NCBI GenBank assembly: GCA_002721815.1
Contig: PBLQ01000001.1
Coordinates: 288,317 to 352,316, forward strand
From: Myxococcales bacterium
Lineage (GTDB): Bacteria > Myxococcota > UBA727 > GCA-2721815
Direction of reading: 5' to 3'
Length of the DNA stretch: 64,000 bases
A program made the translations under genes and the position numbers. Shown here piece by piece: positions 36,560-45,556 of this stretch; the stretch's first letter is position 1, and every line of letters starts with the position of its first letter. Below the pieces are notes generated by a model that worked only from the letters and a program-made list of their open reading frames with translations, ran no database searches and was not told where the DNA came from.

Positions 36560-38344
36560 TTACCACGACACCGGCACAGGAACGTACTGGTTCATTTCGG
36601 TACTGCCAGCCCCGAGCTGACCATAGCCATTGGAGCCCCAACAGAACACTTGATGCTCCGAGTCTGCCGCGCAGGTGTGGGATGACCCCCCGTAAACCCG
36701 ATACCATTGCGTATCATTGGCGGGGGCAACAATGGGCATGAGGCTCTGCTTCTCTTGCACATTTGCTTCTCCCGATCCGCACGCCCCGGAGGAATTATGA
36801 CCCCAACAAGAAATGGTGCGATCCATCATAATGGCACAAGAATGATACGACCCACTGGCAATCCCCAACACCGGATCATCCTCGAGACCTGCTGGTGACA
36901 TGATCTGGGCGTATTGTGCCACATTGCTGTCCGCGTCGACCTGGCCGTAGCCATTCCCCCCCCAACATTTCACCTTGTCATCTTTTTCGATCACACAAGA
37001 ATGATGCATCCCCAATGCCAACTGTTGCATGGGGTTGTTGTCGTCCTCTTCGTAGACTTCCACAGGGGTGGCTTGATTTTGGGTGTTGTCCGAGACCAAG
37101 CACTGGTTGTGGCCATTCCATCCCCAGCAATACACTTGATTGGACTCTAACATGGCACACACATGATATTCTCCGGCTTCGATGCTGATAAGGGACACCC
37201 CCTCTGGCAAGCCCGTTACTTGCTCCGCCGTGGTGGAATTATCAAACGAGCCATTCCCCAGCTGCCCCCAATCGCCTTGCCCCCAACAGTACACCTTCTG
37301 TTCAGCGTCCGTTTCGTCAGCACGGGTCACCGCACAAGTGAAGTTGCGGCCGGCGGTGAACATTTCGACGGGATCTTCAATCACGCTCACCAACTGGGGG
37401 GTGTAATCGGTGATGTTGCTGCCATTGCCCAGCTCACCATAATTATTGATGCCCCAACACCATAGCGTGTTGTCGATTTTGCTGGCGCACATGTGATAAG
37501 AACCCGCCGCAAGATATTTCACATCGGTAAAATTAGGAATCACCAGCGGCACATTGCTGTCCGTGGTCACGTCTGGCCCCTGGCCCAAAATACCGTGATA
37601 CCCCCAACACGCCACTTGCTTATCTTCATCTTGCCACAGCAGCGCACAAGACCCTGCCTGTCCCAATGCCATGGATAACATAGAGAAATGGCCGTCCAAT
37701 ATCTCATCGGAAACCCCAGCATCCATGACCGGATCCGACTCTGGAACCACGCCGGCGTCTCCCTGTGGCAAACACGCCCCATCTTCACAGCCATAAGGAC
37801 AGAAAACAGTGCTGGGCTCATACCGACAGATGCCTTCGACGCACTCACCGTCTTCAACGTAAATCATTAAGGTGTTTTCATCCAAACAGGTGTCCTCTGG
37901 CGGGTTGTTACAGTCTTCACAAACGACGTCTTCATCGCCCTCTCCCGTTAAAGAAATGGTGGTCTCAGACTTGTCTTGCGAATTGCTCAAGATGGTGAGG
38001 GTGCCTTCATACACTTTGGCCTCTAAGGGTTTGAATGAAACGATCAAGTCCATGGACTGCCCACCCAGAATACTGGTTTCACCGGGTGTGATGGTGAAGA
38101 CATCGCCTCCCTCGCTGATTTCAATGTTTTCAAAAACCAACTCTTGCTGGCCAGCGTTGGCCAGCTGAATCGTTCTAGAGGCGATATAGTCCACAGGAAT
38201 TTTACCAAAATCTAAAAGATCGGTACCGGAAACCAATAAAGGAGGATTGCTAACGACGTAAGCTTCAGTGTCGCAGCCACTGCAATTCAGTTGAAAACTT
38301 GCCAATCCAATTACCAATGCGGACAACCAACCTTGGCGCATCAC
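36560..38344 (-). CDS. Secreted protein, array member 4: Ig-like module, 8-Cys module and RCC1-type beta-propeller (closest paralog of 34589..36418)
   Basis: MMRQGWLSALVIGLASFQLNCSGCDTEAYVVSNPPLLVSGTDLLDFGKIPVDYIASRTIQLANAGQQELVFENI. VCEDCNNPPEDTCLDENTLMIYVEDGECVEGICRYEPSTVFCPYGCEDGACL. CWG repeats (LWCWGINNYGELGNG, VYCWGQGDWGQLGNG, VYCWGWNGHNQC, VKCWGGNGYGQVD, ISCWGHNSSGACGSG, VFCWGSNGYGQLGAG). Confidence 0.85.
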   Translation of the reverse strand: MMRQGWLSALVIGLASFQLNCSGCDTEAYVVSNPPLLVSGTDLLDFGKIPVDYIASRTIQLANAGQQELVFENIEISEGGDVFTITPGETSILGGQSMDLIVSFKPLEAKVYEGTLTILSNSQDKSETTISLTGEGDEDVVCEDCNNPPEDTCLDENTLMIYVEDGECVEGICRYEPSTVFCPYGCEDGACLPQGDAGVVPESDPVMDAGVSDEILDGHFSMLSMALGQAGSCALLWQDEDKQVACWGYHGILGQGPDVTTDSNVPLVIPNFTDVKYLAAGSYHMCASKIDNTLWCWGINNYGELGNGSNITDYTPQLVSVIEDPVEMFTAGRNFTCAVTRADETDAEQKVYCWGQGDWGQLGNGSFDNSTTAEQVTGLPEGVSLISIEAGEYHVCAMLESNQVYCWGWNGHNQCLVSDNTQNQATPVEVYEEDDNNPMQQLALGMHHSCVIEKDDKVKCWGGNGYGQVDADSNVAQYAQIMSPAGLEDDPVLGIASGSYHSCAIMMDRTISCWGHNSSGACGSGEANVQEKQSLMPIVAPANDTQWYRVYGGSSHTCAADSEHQVFCWGSNGYGQLGAGSTEMNQYVPVPVSW

Positions 38345-38376
38345 TCACCTCCACCCAATCAAAAAAAGTGCTTTAT

Positions 38377-41300
38377 TTAAGGGATTAGATACGCATCAGG
38401 AATGTTTTGGTCAATATAGTTCGGCTTGCCCCAGCATCTAATTTTATTTTCATGCGTGACGACGCAGGTGTTCACCTGACCCGTCGCAATATCCCAATAG
38501 GTTTCTTCCACGTCTGGCACATCTGCTTGTCCTGCCGCACCGACACCAGTGGTGCCTCCCCAACAGTGGGCCTTCCCCGTATCTGCTGCCAAACCGCACG
38601 CGTGCAACCAGCCAATGGACAGCCGTCCAAAGATGACGTCTTCAGGCACATTGGTGTATCCGAATTGGGTTGGGCCCCAACACTTCACCAGACCATCTGT
38701 CATGAGTCCGCAAGTTTGATAGGGTGCTATGCGCCCGGATAGAAAAGTGAGCCCGGTAGCGGGAACAGAACTCGCGTACGAATGCTCGCCCCAACATAAT
38801 AATGTGCCATTTTCTCTGAGCGCACAACCGTGTCGATAAGCCACTTCCACGTGAGCAAAAGGTCCGGCCGGGATGTCATTATACAAGGTTGCCAAGCCCG
38901 GAAGATCTTGCCCCCAACATACAATTTCACCGTCGATGTCCAAGGCGCAATTTTTGTTCACATTGGCATTGACCATGATGAACTGGCCCGGTTGGGCAGT
39001 TGCTTGTCCGTAGTCGTTCGAGCCCCAACACGCCATGGTGCCGTCCAATCGAATACCGCAGCCGTGATCCGTTCCAATATCAATCTGAGCAAAATCGGTG
39101 GGCGCCTCATCCTGCTTGCTCACAATTTTTCCGCCGCCCCAGCACTCGATTTGTCCCATCGCATCCTTCACGCAAGCTGCCCGGCTGTCCACCACCAGCA
39201 ACATTTCGCAATGGTTGCCAACGCCAGTTCGATTCACGTCCACTTGGGTTGGATTATAAACCTCCGGGCAGTTATCTTCCTCGGCGCATAGCCCGTCTTC
39301 GTCAATGTCGTTATCTGGGTCATTGGGACAGACGTCACAAATGTCACCCACACCGTCCAGATCCGAATCGGCTTGGTCCTCGTTGCTCACAAAAGGGCAA
39401 TTGTCTTCATCAGCACAGTGGCCATCCGAATCGATGTCGTTATCGGGATCATTCGGACAAATATCGCATACATTTCCCTCGCCATCGGCGTCATTGTCTT
39501 CTTGACCCACATTGGCGTCTTCGGGGCAGTTATCGCAAATATTGCCCACGCCATCTTCGTCAACGTCTGTTTGATCTTCATTGCTTACCGTGGGACAATT
39601 ATCACAAGCGTCACCTATGTTATCGCCATCACTGTCGGCCTGATTAACATTCACCACTTCGATGCAGTTATCATCGCTGTCACATACGCCATCCTGATCG
39701 GTATCTACCCCCACCTCTTCAGGGCATGCATCACAGACATCGCCGACATCATCCCCATCGCTATCGGTTTGATCATTATTGGGTATCCCCACGCAATTAT
39801 CACACAGGTCGCCCACGCCGTCGTCATCGCCATCATTTTGAAAACTGTTGCTCACCGAAATACAATTATCACACACATCGCCTACGCCATCCGAATCACC
39901 ATCTTCTTGTTCGGGGTTTGAGATAGAGACACAGTTATCGCACAGGTCGCCCACCGAATCTTCGTCGCTGTCGTCTTGGTAATAGTTGGCGGTCGAGACA
40001 CAATTATCACACACGTCGCCGCGGCCGTCTTGATCTATATCAGACTGGTCATCGTTGGGGGTATCTGGACAATTGTCTTCGCTGTCACAGGAGCCATCAC
40101 CGTCGGAATCATCACCCTCATCATAAGGACAAACATCGCATACGTCCCCCACACCATCTTCATCTTCATCGGCCTGATCAGCATTGGTGGCTTGGGGACA
40201 ATTGTCACAAGCATTACCAAGGTCATCTTCATCTGAATTCAGTTGGTCGAAATTTGAGACGTTCACACAGTTATCGCACACATCGCCAATGTTATCGCTG
40301 TCGCCATCGGCTTGATCTGCATTGCTGTTCAATGGACAATTATCACAAACATCGCCGTGACCATCGTCATCGTCGTCGGCTTGGTCTGTATTGGCATCGA
40401 CCAAACAATTGTCGCATACATTCCCGATGCCGTCGCCGTCTGCATCCGCTTGATTGGTGTTGAACAGGGCCACGCAATTATCACAAATATCGCCCACCTG
40501 ATCTTCATCGCTGTCCGCTTGATCTTCGTTCGCATCATAGGGGCAGTTATCACAGACGTTGCCCAGGCCATCGTTGTCTGAATCTGCCTGGTTGGTATTG
40601 GCCGCAAGAATGCAGTTGTCATCGCTGTCACACACCCCATCTGCATCGGTATCATCACCTGCATCAGCCGGGCATACATCACAAGCGTCCCCAGCACCGT
40701 CTTGATCTGAATCGGCTTGGGAGGCATTGGAAACAGTGGCGCAGTTGTCACAAATATTCCCTGTGCCGTCTTCATCCGTATCTTCTTGGTACGCATTGGC
40801 CATTTGCGGACAGTTGTCACAGAGATCACCGATGCCATCTTGATCTGAATCGGCCTGATCTGTGTTCGCCGTATCCTTGCAGTTATCATCGCTGTCACAG
40901 ACGCCATCCGCATCACTGTCGTCTTCAAAATCATTGGGGCACGTATCGCAAACATCGCCTTTGCCATCAAAGTCAGTATCGATTTGATCTACATTGGCAT
41001 CATCGGCGCAATTATCGCACAGGTCTCCGAGACCATCTTCATCTTCGTCGCTTTGATCACTGTTCGGGGTTTCCAGACAGTTATCACAGGCATCGCCCAC
41101 CCCATCATCGTCTGCATCAACCTGGTCGGCATTGGGTACGGCGACACAGTTGTCCTCTTCGTCTATGATGCCATCGCTATCGGTATCTGGTGCCGTCAGG
41201 CATGCCCCGTCTTCGCAACCATAAGGGCACAGTTGCGACTGGGCACGATAACGGCAGACGCCTTCCACACATTCGCCATCCTCCACATAGGTCAACAAGG

Positions 41301-41811
41301 TGTTTTCATCTTCACAAACTGGCGTGGGCGGGTTGTCGCAATCCCCACAAATCAACGCGTCAGAGCCCAGGCCCCACAAATCCACCACCACGTCTTTGCC
41401 GCTGGCTTGATTGCTTACTATGGTCAAGGTGCCCACATATTCTTGCGCGAACAATGGCGTGAACGACACAATGACATCCATGGTGTCTCCGCCGAGCACG
41501 TCTTGCTCCATAGCTGTGGCCAAAAAGACATTGCCCTCGGTCTCCACCAGGAGGTCTTCAATGCTGAGGGTTTGTTGACCCGCATTCGCCAACTGGATGG
41601 TGCGGCTCGCGGTATAGCCCACCTGCAGTTCACCAAAATCAACCAAATCGGTGGCCACCACCAACAAAGGCGGGTTGCGGACCACAAAAGCTTCGCTTTC
41701 ACAGCCAGTTCCCCACATGGACAGGCCGAGCAGACTCCATGTTAAAAGATGACGCAGGAAGGGTGTCATAGGTGTCCTCTTAAGGTTCGGTACCTGGGTT
41801 GGACCCACCAA
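38377..41811 (-). CDS. Secreted protein, array member 3 (1144 aa): Ig-like module, 8-Cys module, a very long run (about 25 copies) of thrombospondin type-3 calcium-binding repeats, and a C-terminal RCC1-like propeller
   Basis: N-terminal module GCESEAFVVRNPPLLVVATDLVDFGELQVGYTASRTIQLANAGQQTL...ICGDCDNPPTPVCEDENTLLTYVEDGECVEGVCRYRAQSQLCPYGCEDGACL. TSP3 repeats of the form DTDxDGIxDxxDNCxxxxNxDQxDxDxDGxGDxCDNC. The C-terminus has CWG repeats (IECWGGGKIV, MACWGSNDYGQA, IVCWGQDLPG, LLCWGEHSYA, VKCWGPTQFG, AHCWGGTTGVG, IRCWGKPNYI). Confidence 0.85.
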   Translation of the reverse strand: MVGPTQVPNLKRTPMTPFLRHLLTWSLLGLSMWGTGCESEAFVVRNPPLLVVATDLVDFGELQVGYTASRTIQLANAGQQTLSIEDLLVETEGNVFLATAMEQDVLGGDTMDVIVSFTPLFAQEYVGTLTIVSNQASGKDVVVDLWGLGSDALICGDCDNPPTPVCEDENTLLTYVEDGECVEGVCRYRAQSQLCPYGCEDGACLTAPDTDSDGIIDEEDNCVAVPNADQVDADDDGVGDACDNCLETPNSDQSDEDEDGLGDLCDNCADDANVDQIDTDFDGKGDVCDTCPNDFEDDSDADGVCDSDDNCKDTANTDQADSDQDGIGDLCDNCPQMANAYQEDTDEDGTGNICDNCATVSNASQADSDQDGAGDACDVCPADAGDDTDADGVCDSDDNCILAANTNQADSDNDGLGNVCDNCPYDANEDQADSDEDQVGDICDNCVALFNTNQADADGDGIGNVCDNCLVDANTDQADDDDDGHGDVCDNCPLNSNADQADGDSDNIGDVCDNCVNVSNFDQLNSDEDDLGNACDNCPQATNADQADEDEDGVGDVCDVCPYDEGDDSDGDGSCDSEDNCPDTPNDDQSDIDQDGRGDVCDNCVSTANYYQDDSDEDSVGDLCDNCVSISNPEQEDGDSDGVGDVCDNCISVSNSFQNDGDDDGVGDLCDNCVGIPNNDQTDSDGDDVGDVCDACPEEVGVDTDQDGVCDSDDNCIEVVNVNQADSDGDNIGDACDNCPTVSNEDQTDVDEDGVGNICDNCPEDANVGQEDNDADGEGNVCDICPNDPDNDIDSDGHCADEDNCPFVSNEDQADSDLDGVGDICDVCPNDPDNDIDEDGLCAEEDNCPEVYNPTQVDVNRTGVGNHCEMLLVVDSRAACVKDAMGQIECWGGGKIVSKQDEAPTDFAQIDIGTDHGCGIRLDGTMACWGSNDYGQATAQPGQFIMVNANVNKNCALDIDGEIVCWGQDLPGLATLYNDIPAGPFAHVEVAYRHGCALRENGTLLCWGEHSYASSVPATGLTFLSGRIAPYQTCGLMTDGLVKCWGPTQFGYTNVPEDVIFGRLSIGWLHACGLAADTGKAHCWGGTTGVGAAGQADVPDVEETYWDIATGQVNTCVVTHENKIRCWGKPNYIDQNIPDAYLIP
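39350..41170 (-). repeat. Internal coding repeat region of about 1.8 kb: tandem thrombospondin type-3 (TSP3) repeat units within 38377..41811
   Basis: Repeated 'gacaattgtccc.../atcacagac...gatgg' DNA words and protein units (D-x-D-x-D-G-x-G-D-x-C-D-N-C-x-x-x-x-N-x-D-Q). The region generates spurious ORFs on both strands in other frames. Confidence 0.8.
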
Positions 41812-41876
41812 AGAGGTGAAAAGTTACAAATTTACGAGAGGGGCAATCTGTTGTTTTTTCTAAACATTTCGCTAAT

Positions 41877-43601
41877 TTAGTCACCATAGGTGTCGACCAA
41901 ATAGCGCAGGCCTGGGTTTGGACTGCCAGGATCACCTGAATAGACCACAAAGTTGAGATTTTCATCGAGCACTTCAAACCGAGGAAATGCATTTCCCAAA
42001 TAAGGAGAGAACTGGCATTCGGTATCCGGGAGCACCAATATTTTGTCGTTGGGCCATTCCTCGTGCCAGGCCGCTGCGTCTTCTTGAGAGGGTGGGTTGC
42101 CGGTGCAAGACCCTTTCAACACTCGGATCCAGTACACATCGTCGTTCATCAATATGTCATAAACTTCTTCGTAATCAGGGTGCCACCAGCCGCCGGTGTT
42201 GGGATCTGAATTCTCGGGCGGCTCGTCCCAGGGCTGATGATCCCAGCACTCAATGCCGCACGACACATTTTCGCTGGTAGCACCTGGGTCACCGGCCACC
42301 ATAAACGCTGCAAAACCATTGCTGCCCTGATTGAACTTGCTGGCCAATGCCAACTCAATGACAATGTCACGTCCACGGTTCATGAAATCATATAAGTCCA
42401 CCGTATCCCCGAACTGATCCTCGCTCGACCAATTGGGAAACCGAACCCCTTCGTCGGGTTCTTCGTCAGAATCCCAACCGGGATCTTCTTCCTCGTCTTT
42501 AAAACGGTTGTATGGCCAGCCCCCTTCATAGATGACATCCTCTGCATCTTGGGGGTCGGTCCCAGCGTGCACTTCATCCAAATCGGAATAGCCATCGTTA
42601 TCACTGTCATCGTCGCAAGCATCACCGGGACCTTCTCCATCTGTATTGGTTTGGTCTGGGTTGGCCGTATCAACACAGTTGTCGCATAAATCACCAACGC
42701 CATCCTGATCTGCATCCTCCTGCGCCTCGTTGTCATCGAATGGACAATTATCACAGGCATCTCCTAAGGAATCGGCGTCGCTGTTCTCTTGCTCGGTATT
42801 GGTATCATCCACGCAATTATCGCAAGCATCCCCAACGCCATCTTCGTCGGAATCGTCCTGAGACGCATTGTCATGGAGTGGACAGTTGTCACAAGCATCC
42901 CCTACGGAATCGCCATCGCCGTCTTCTTGTTCGAAATTCGGCACAGCCACACAGTTGTCCTCATTATCTGGGATACCGTCTTCGTCTTGATCTGGGGCTG
43001 GCTCCCCTTCGGGCAAACAGGCACCATCTTCGCAGCCAAAGGCACAGGTGGTTTCTTCGGGGTAATACCGACAAACGCCTTCGACGCACTCCCCTTCTTG
43101 GGTATAGGTGAGTAAAGTATTTTCATCCAAGCAGGTGGGCTCTGGCGGCTCATCGCATTCTCCGCAAATCACTTCAGCCCAACCTTCTCCCAAGAGCTGA
43201 ATGGTTCGCTCCGTTTGCTGGTTATCATTGGAAATAATAGTGAGCGTGGCCTCATAGGCTTTTTCTTCGGCCGGCGTGAAGCCCAGGTTGATCATGACGG
43301 AATCACCCCCTCGAATTTCCGACGATTCAAGGGTGGCCATAAAGACCGCGTCGTCCGATTCCACCTCAATACGATCGATCACCAACATTTGCTGGCCCGC
43401 ATTGGCCAGTTGAATTTTTCGCATGCCCGTGTAGCCCAGGGGCATCAAACCAAAATCCAAAATATCAGTGGCCACCACCAACAGTGGCGGGTTACTCACC
43501 ACGAAGGCCTCCCGATCACAGGCCGTACCCAAACTAATACTCATCCCAAGTAGAATGGGAGTGATCAAACGAAAGAATGAGTTTCTCAGTCGGTGTCTCA
43601 C
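41877..43601 (-). CDS. Secreted protein, array member 2: Ig-like module, 8-Cys module, TSP3 repeats (about 6), and a unique acidic C-terminal domain with a thioredoxin-fold-like segment lacking CxxC
   Basis: N-terminal ACDREAFVVSNPPLLVVATDILDFGLMPLGYTGMRKIQLANAGQQMLVIDRI...ICGECDEPPEPTCLDENTLLTYTQEGECVEGVCRYYPEETTCAFGCEDGACL. TSP3 repeats: DQDEDGIPDNEDNCVAVPNFEQEDGDGDSVGDACDNCP and others. C-terminal RFPNWSSEDQFGDTVDLYDFMNRGRDIVIELALASKFNQG resembles a TlpA/redoxin beta-alpha-beta start but has no Cys pair. Confidence 0.8.
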   Translation of the reverse strand: MRHRLRNSFFRLITPILLGMSISLGTACDREAFVVSNPPLLVVATDILDFGLMPLGYTGMRKIQLANAGQQMLVIDRIEVESDDAVFMATLESSEIRGGDSVMINLGFTPAEEKAYEATLTIISNDNQQTERTIQLLGEGWAEVICGECDEPPEPTCLDENTLLTYTQEGECVEGVCRYYPEETTCAFGCEDGACLPEGEPAPDQDEDGIPDNEDNCVAVPNFEQEDGDGDSVGDACDNCPLHDNASQDDSDEDGVGDACDNCVDDTNTEQENSDADSLGDACDNCPFDDNEAQEDADQDGVGDLCDNCVDTANPDQTNTDGEGPGDACDDDSDNDGYSDLDEVHAGTDPQDAEDVIYEGGWPYNRFKDEEEDPGWDSDEEPDEGVRFPNWSSEDQFGDTVDLYDFMNRGRDIVIELALASKFNQGSNGFAAFMVAGDPGATSENVSCGIECWDHQPWDEPPENSDPNTGGWWHPDYEEVYDILMNDDVYWIRVLKGSCTGNPPSQEDAAAWHEEWPNDKILVLPDTECQFSPYLGNAFPRFEVLDENLNFVVYSGDPGSPNPGLRYLVDTYGD

Positions 43602-43603
43602 AA

Positions 43604-45463
43604 TTACTCTTCATCCGTTGTGGGTTGATAGATTTCGGGGATACCGTTTTGAATGGCGTTGCTTTGCCCCCAACAAATCAACTTGTTTTCCATCGTGAAG
43701 GCGCAGGTATTGTTTTGTGCTGTGACCAGATCCCAAAATTCGGGCGCATCCTCAGGTGGGGTCATTTGCCCCCGATCATGAATGGAATCGCTCGATCCCC
43801 AGCAGACCGGCTGCTGGTCCGCCTCAGTGAGGGCACAAGCGTGATAATAGCTCACCGATATTTTGCTTAAAGGGACTTCGGGCCCATCATCAAAGCCCCC
43901 AACGCTTCCCCAGCATAATAGCTCATCATCCTCGGTGATGGCACAGTTTTGATAAGGTGCCAGGCTAAAGCCACGAACAACCTTGCCCTCAACGTCGGTG
44001 TGCGATGCGCAGGTACTGGCCCCCCAACACAACATTTCACCAGATGCGCGCAAGGCGCAAGCATGGCGGTATCCCACTTGCACATCGACAAAGGGGCCTT
44101 CCGGAATGCTCCCATACAAGTTCTCGAAAGTGGTGCCTTCGGGTGCCGATGCCCCCTGCCCCCAGCATTTCACTTCGCCTTCAGCGGTCACCGCACAGGA
44201 ATGATGGGTATTGGCGCTCACCATTTTATAAAGACCTGCCGGAGCCATGGATTGGCCATGCTCATACCCGCTCCCTGTGTCGGTGGTTCCAGCGCCCCAG
44301 CATTGAATTTCACCATTTTGGCGCACCCCGCAGCCATGGGCTTGTCCCAGATCGATCTGCACGTAGTCTGTGGCGGCCTGTGAAACAGAAGATACAATTT
44401 CGCCACCACCCCAACAGTCTACGCCGCCATCAATGTCTTTCACGCAGGCGGCAAAAGTTCCTAACGCCAAAATCAGCTCGCAACGGTCACCCACGCCATT
44501 TTGGTTGCTATCGGTTTGATTGGGGTTCGCCACCGTAATGCAATTATCATCGCTGTCACAAACCCCATCGGCGTCCACATCGTTACCGCTGTCTTCTGGA
44601 CACATGTCACAAAGGTCACCAGCGCCATCGGTATCCTCATCTCCTTGTTCTGGATTGGGAACGTCCACACAATTATCGCAAACATCACCGACCCCGTCTT
44701 CATCGGTATCGGTTTGATCCGCATTGGGAATGCCAGGACAATTATCACAAGCATCACCAACCCCGTCATCATCTTCGTCAGCCTGATCTGCATTGGGAAC
44801 GGTAATACAATTGTCGTCCCCATCTAAAATACCGTCCGCATCTTCATCCGGGGCGGGCAAGCAACGGGCATCTTCACAGCCGTAAGGACAGTCTACCTCG
44901 GTGGGTACGTAGCGGCAGACGCCTTCAACACACTCTCCCTCTTCGGTGTAAACCAGCAAGGTGTTTTCATCAGCGCAAACGTCCTCTGGAATTTGATCGC
45001 AGGTCCCACATATAATCTCCTCAAAACCTTCACCCTTGAGTAAGATTTCAGCTTCCGTTTTGTTTCGACTGTTGCTGGTGAGCACCAAAATCGCTTCGTA
45101 TGCTTTTTCTTCTTTCGCAGTAAAAGACACCAATAGCTCGATGGATTCACCATAATTAATCTCACCTGCATTGGGCCCGATAGAAAAAACATCGGTGTCT
45201 CCAGTGATGGTCATGTCCTCAAAAACAAGCTTTTGATCACCCGCATTCACCAACTGGATTTTTCGGGTGGCTGTGTACTCCAAGGGCAACAAACCAAAAT
45301 CCAGGACATCCGTGCCCACCACCAACAAGGGTGGATTTCGCACCACGAAGGCTTCTGATTCACAACCCCCACAATTTAGAGTTCCGAAGGCGATGATTAA
45401 GACAAAAACATTTAAACAATTACGCATGTGGCATCCCCAAAAAAGGTTGGGAAAGCCTAGCAT
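43604..45463 (-). CDS. Secreted protein, array member 1 (first transcribed): Ig-like module, 8-Cys module, TSP3 repeats (about 4) and an RCC1-like propeller
   Basis: Signal peptide MRNCLNVFVLIIAFGTLNCGGC. ESEAFVVRNPPLLVVGTDVLDFGLLPLEYTATRKIQLVNAGDQKLVFEDM; ICGTCDQIPEDVCADENTLLVYTEEGECVEGVCRYVPTEVDCPYGCEDARCL. TSP3: DEDADGILDGDDNCITVPNADQADEDDDGVGDACDNCPGIPNADQTDTDEDGVGDVCDNC. CWG repeats (VDCWGGGEIV, IQCWGAGTTDTG, VKCWGQGASA, MLCWGASTCA, LLCWGSVGGF, PVCWGSSDSI, LICWGQSNAI). 2-nt gap to the next gene. Confidence 0.85.
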   Translation of the reverse strand: MLGFPNLFWGCHMRNCLNVFVLIIAFGTLNCGGCESEAFVVRNPPLLVVGTDVLDFGLLPLEYTATRKIQLVNAGDQKLVFEDMTITGDTDVFSIGPNAGEINYGESIELLVSFTAKEEKAYEAILVLTSNSRNKTEAEILLKGEGFEEIICGTCDQIPEDVCADENTLLVYTEEGECVEGVCRYVPTEVDCPYGCEDARCLPAPDEDADGILDGDDNCITVPNADQADEDDDGVGDACDNCPGIPNADQTDTDEDGVGDVCDNCVDVPNPEQGDEDTDGAGDLCDMCPEDSGNDVDADGVCDSDDNCITVANPNQTDSNQNGVGDRCELILALGTFAACVKDIDGGVDCWGGGEIVSSVSQAATDYVQIDLGQAHGCGVRQNGEIQCWGAGTTDTGSGYEHGQSMAPAGLYKMVSANTHHSCAVTAEGEVKCWGQGASAPEGTTFENLYGSIPEGPFVDVQVGYRHACALRASGEMLCWGASTCASHTDVEGKVVRGFSLAPYQNCAITEDDELLCWGSVGGFDDGPEVPLSKISVSYYHACALTEADQQPVCWGSSDSIHDRGQMTPPEDAPEFWDLVTAQNNTCAFTMENKLICWGQSNAIQNGIPEIYQPTTDEE

Positions 45464-45556
45464 AAGCGCGCAGATCCGCAGAGCAGCTCGCGCTAAATTG
45501 GCCCAGAAATCATGTGGTTATAAGTGGGTAAAAACCTACACTTTTAGGGTGTCTGT

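Noticed and set aside
39373-40970. Several long ORFs on both strands (e.g. 39373..39921+, 40329..40970-, 40984..41745+) inside 38377..41811
   Set aside because: They are alternative-frame or antisense products of the highly repetitive TSP3 tract, with low-complexity Ile/Val/Ala or His/Arg compositions. The minus-strand TSP3 frame carries a signal peptide and conserved domain motifs and is the real gene.
45464-45494. Imperfect inverted repeat (agcgcgca...ctcgcgct) between the PAS-UbiA gene end and the array start
   Set aside because: Only 6-7 bp arms with an 18-nt spacer and no T-tract. Too weak to call a terminator or operator.
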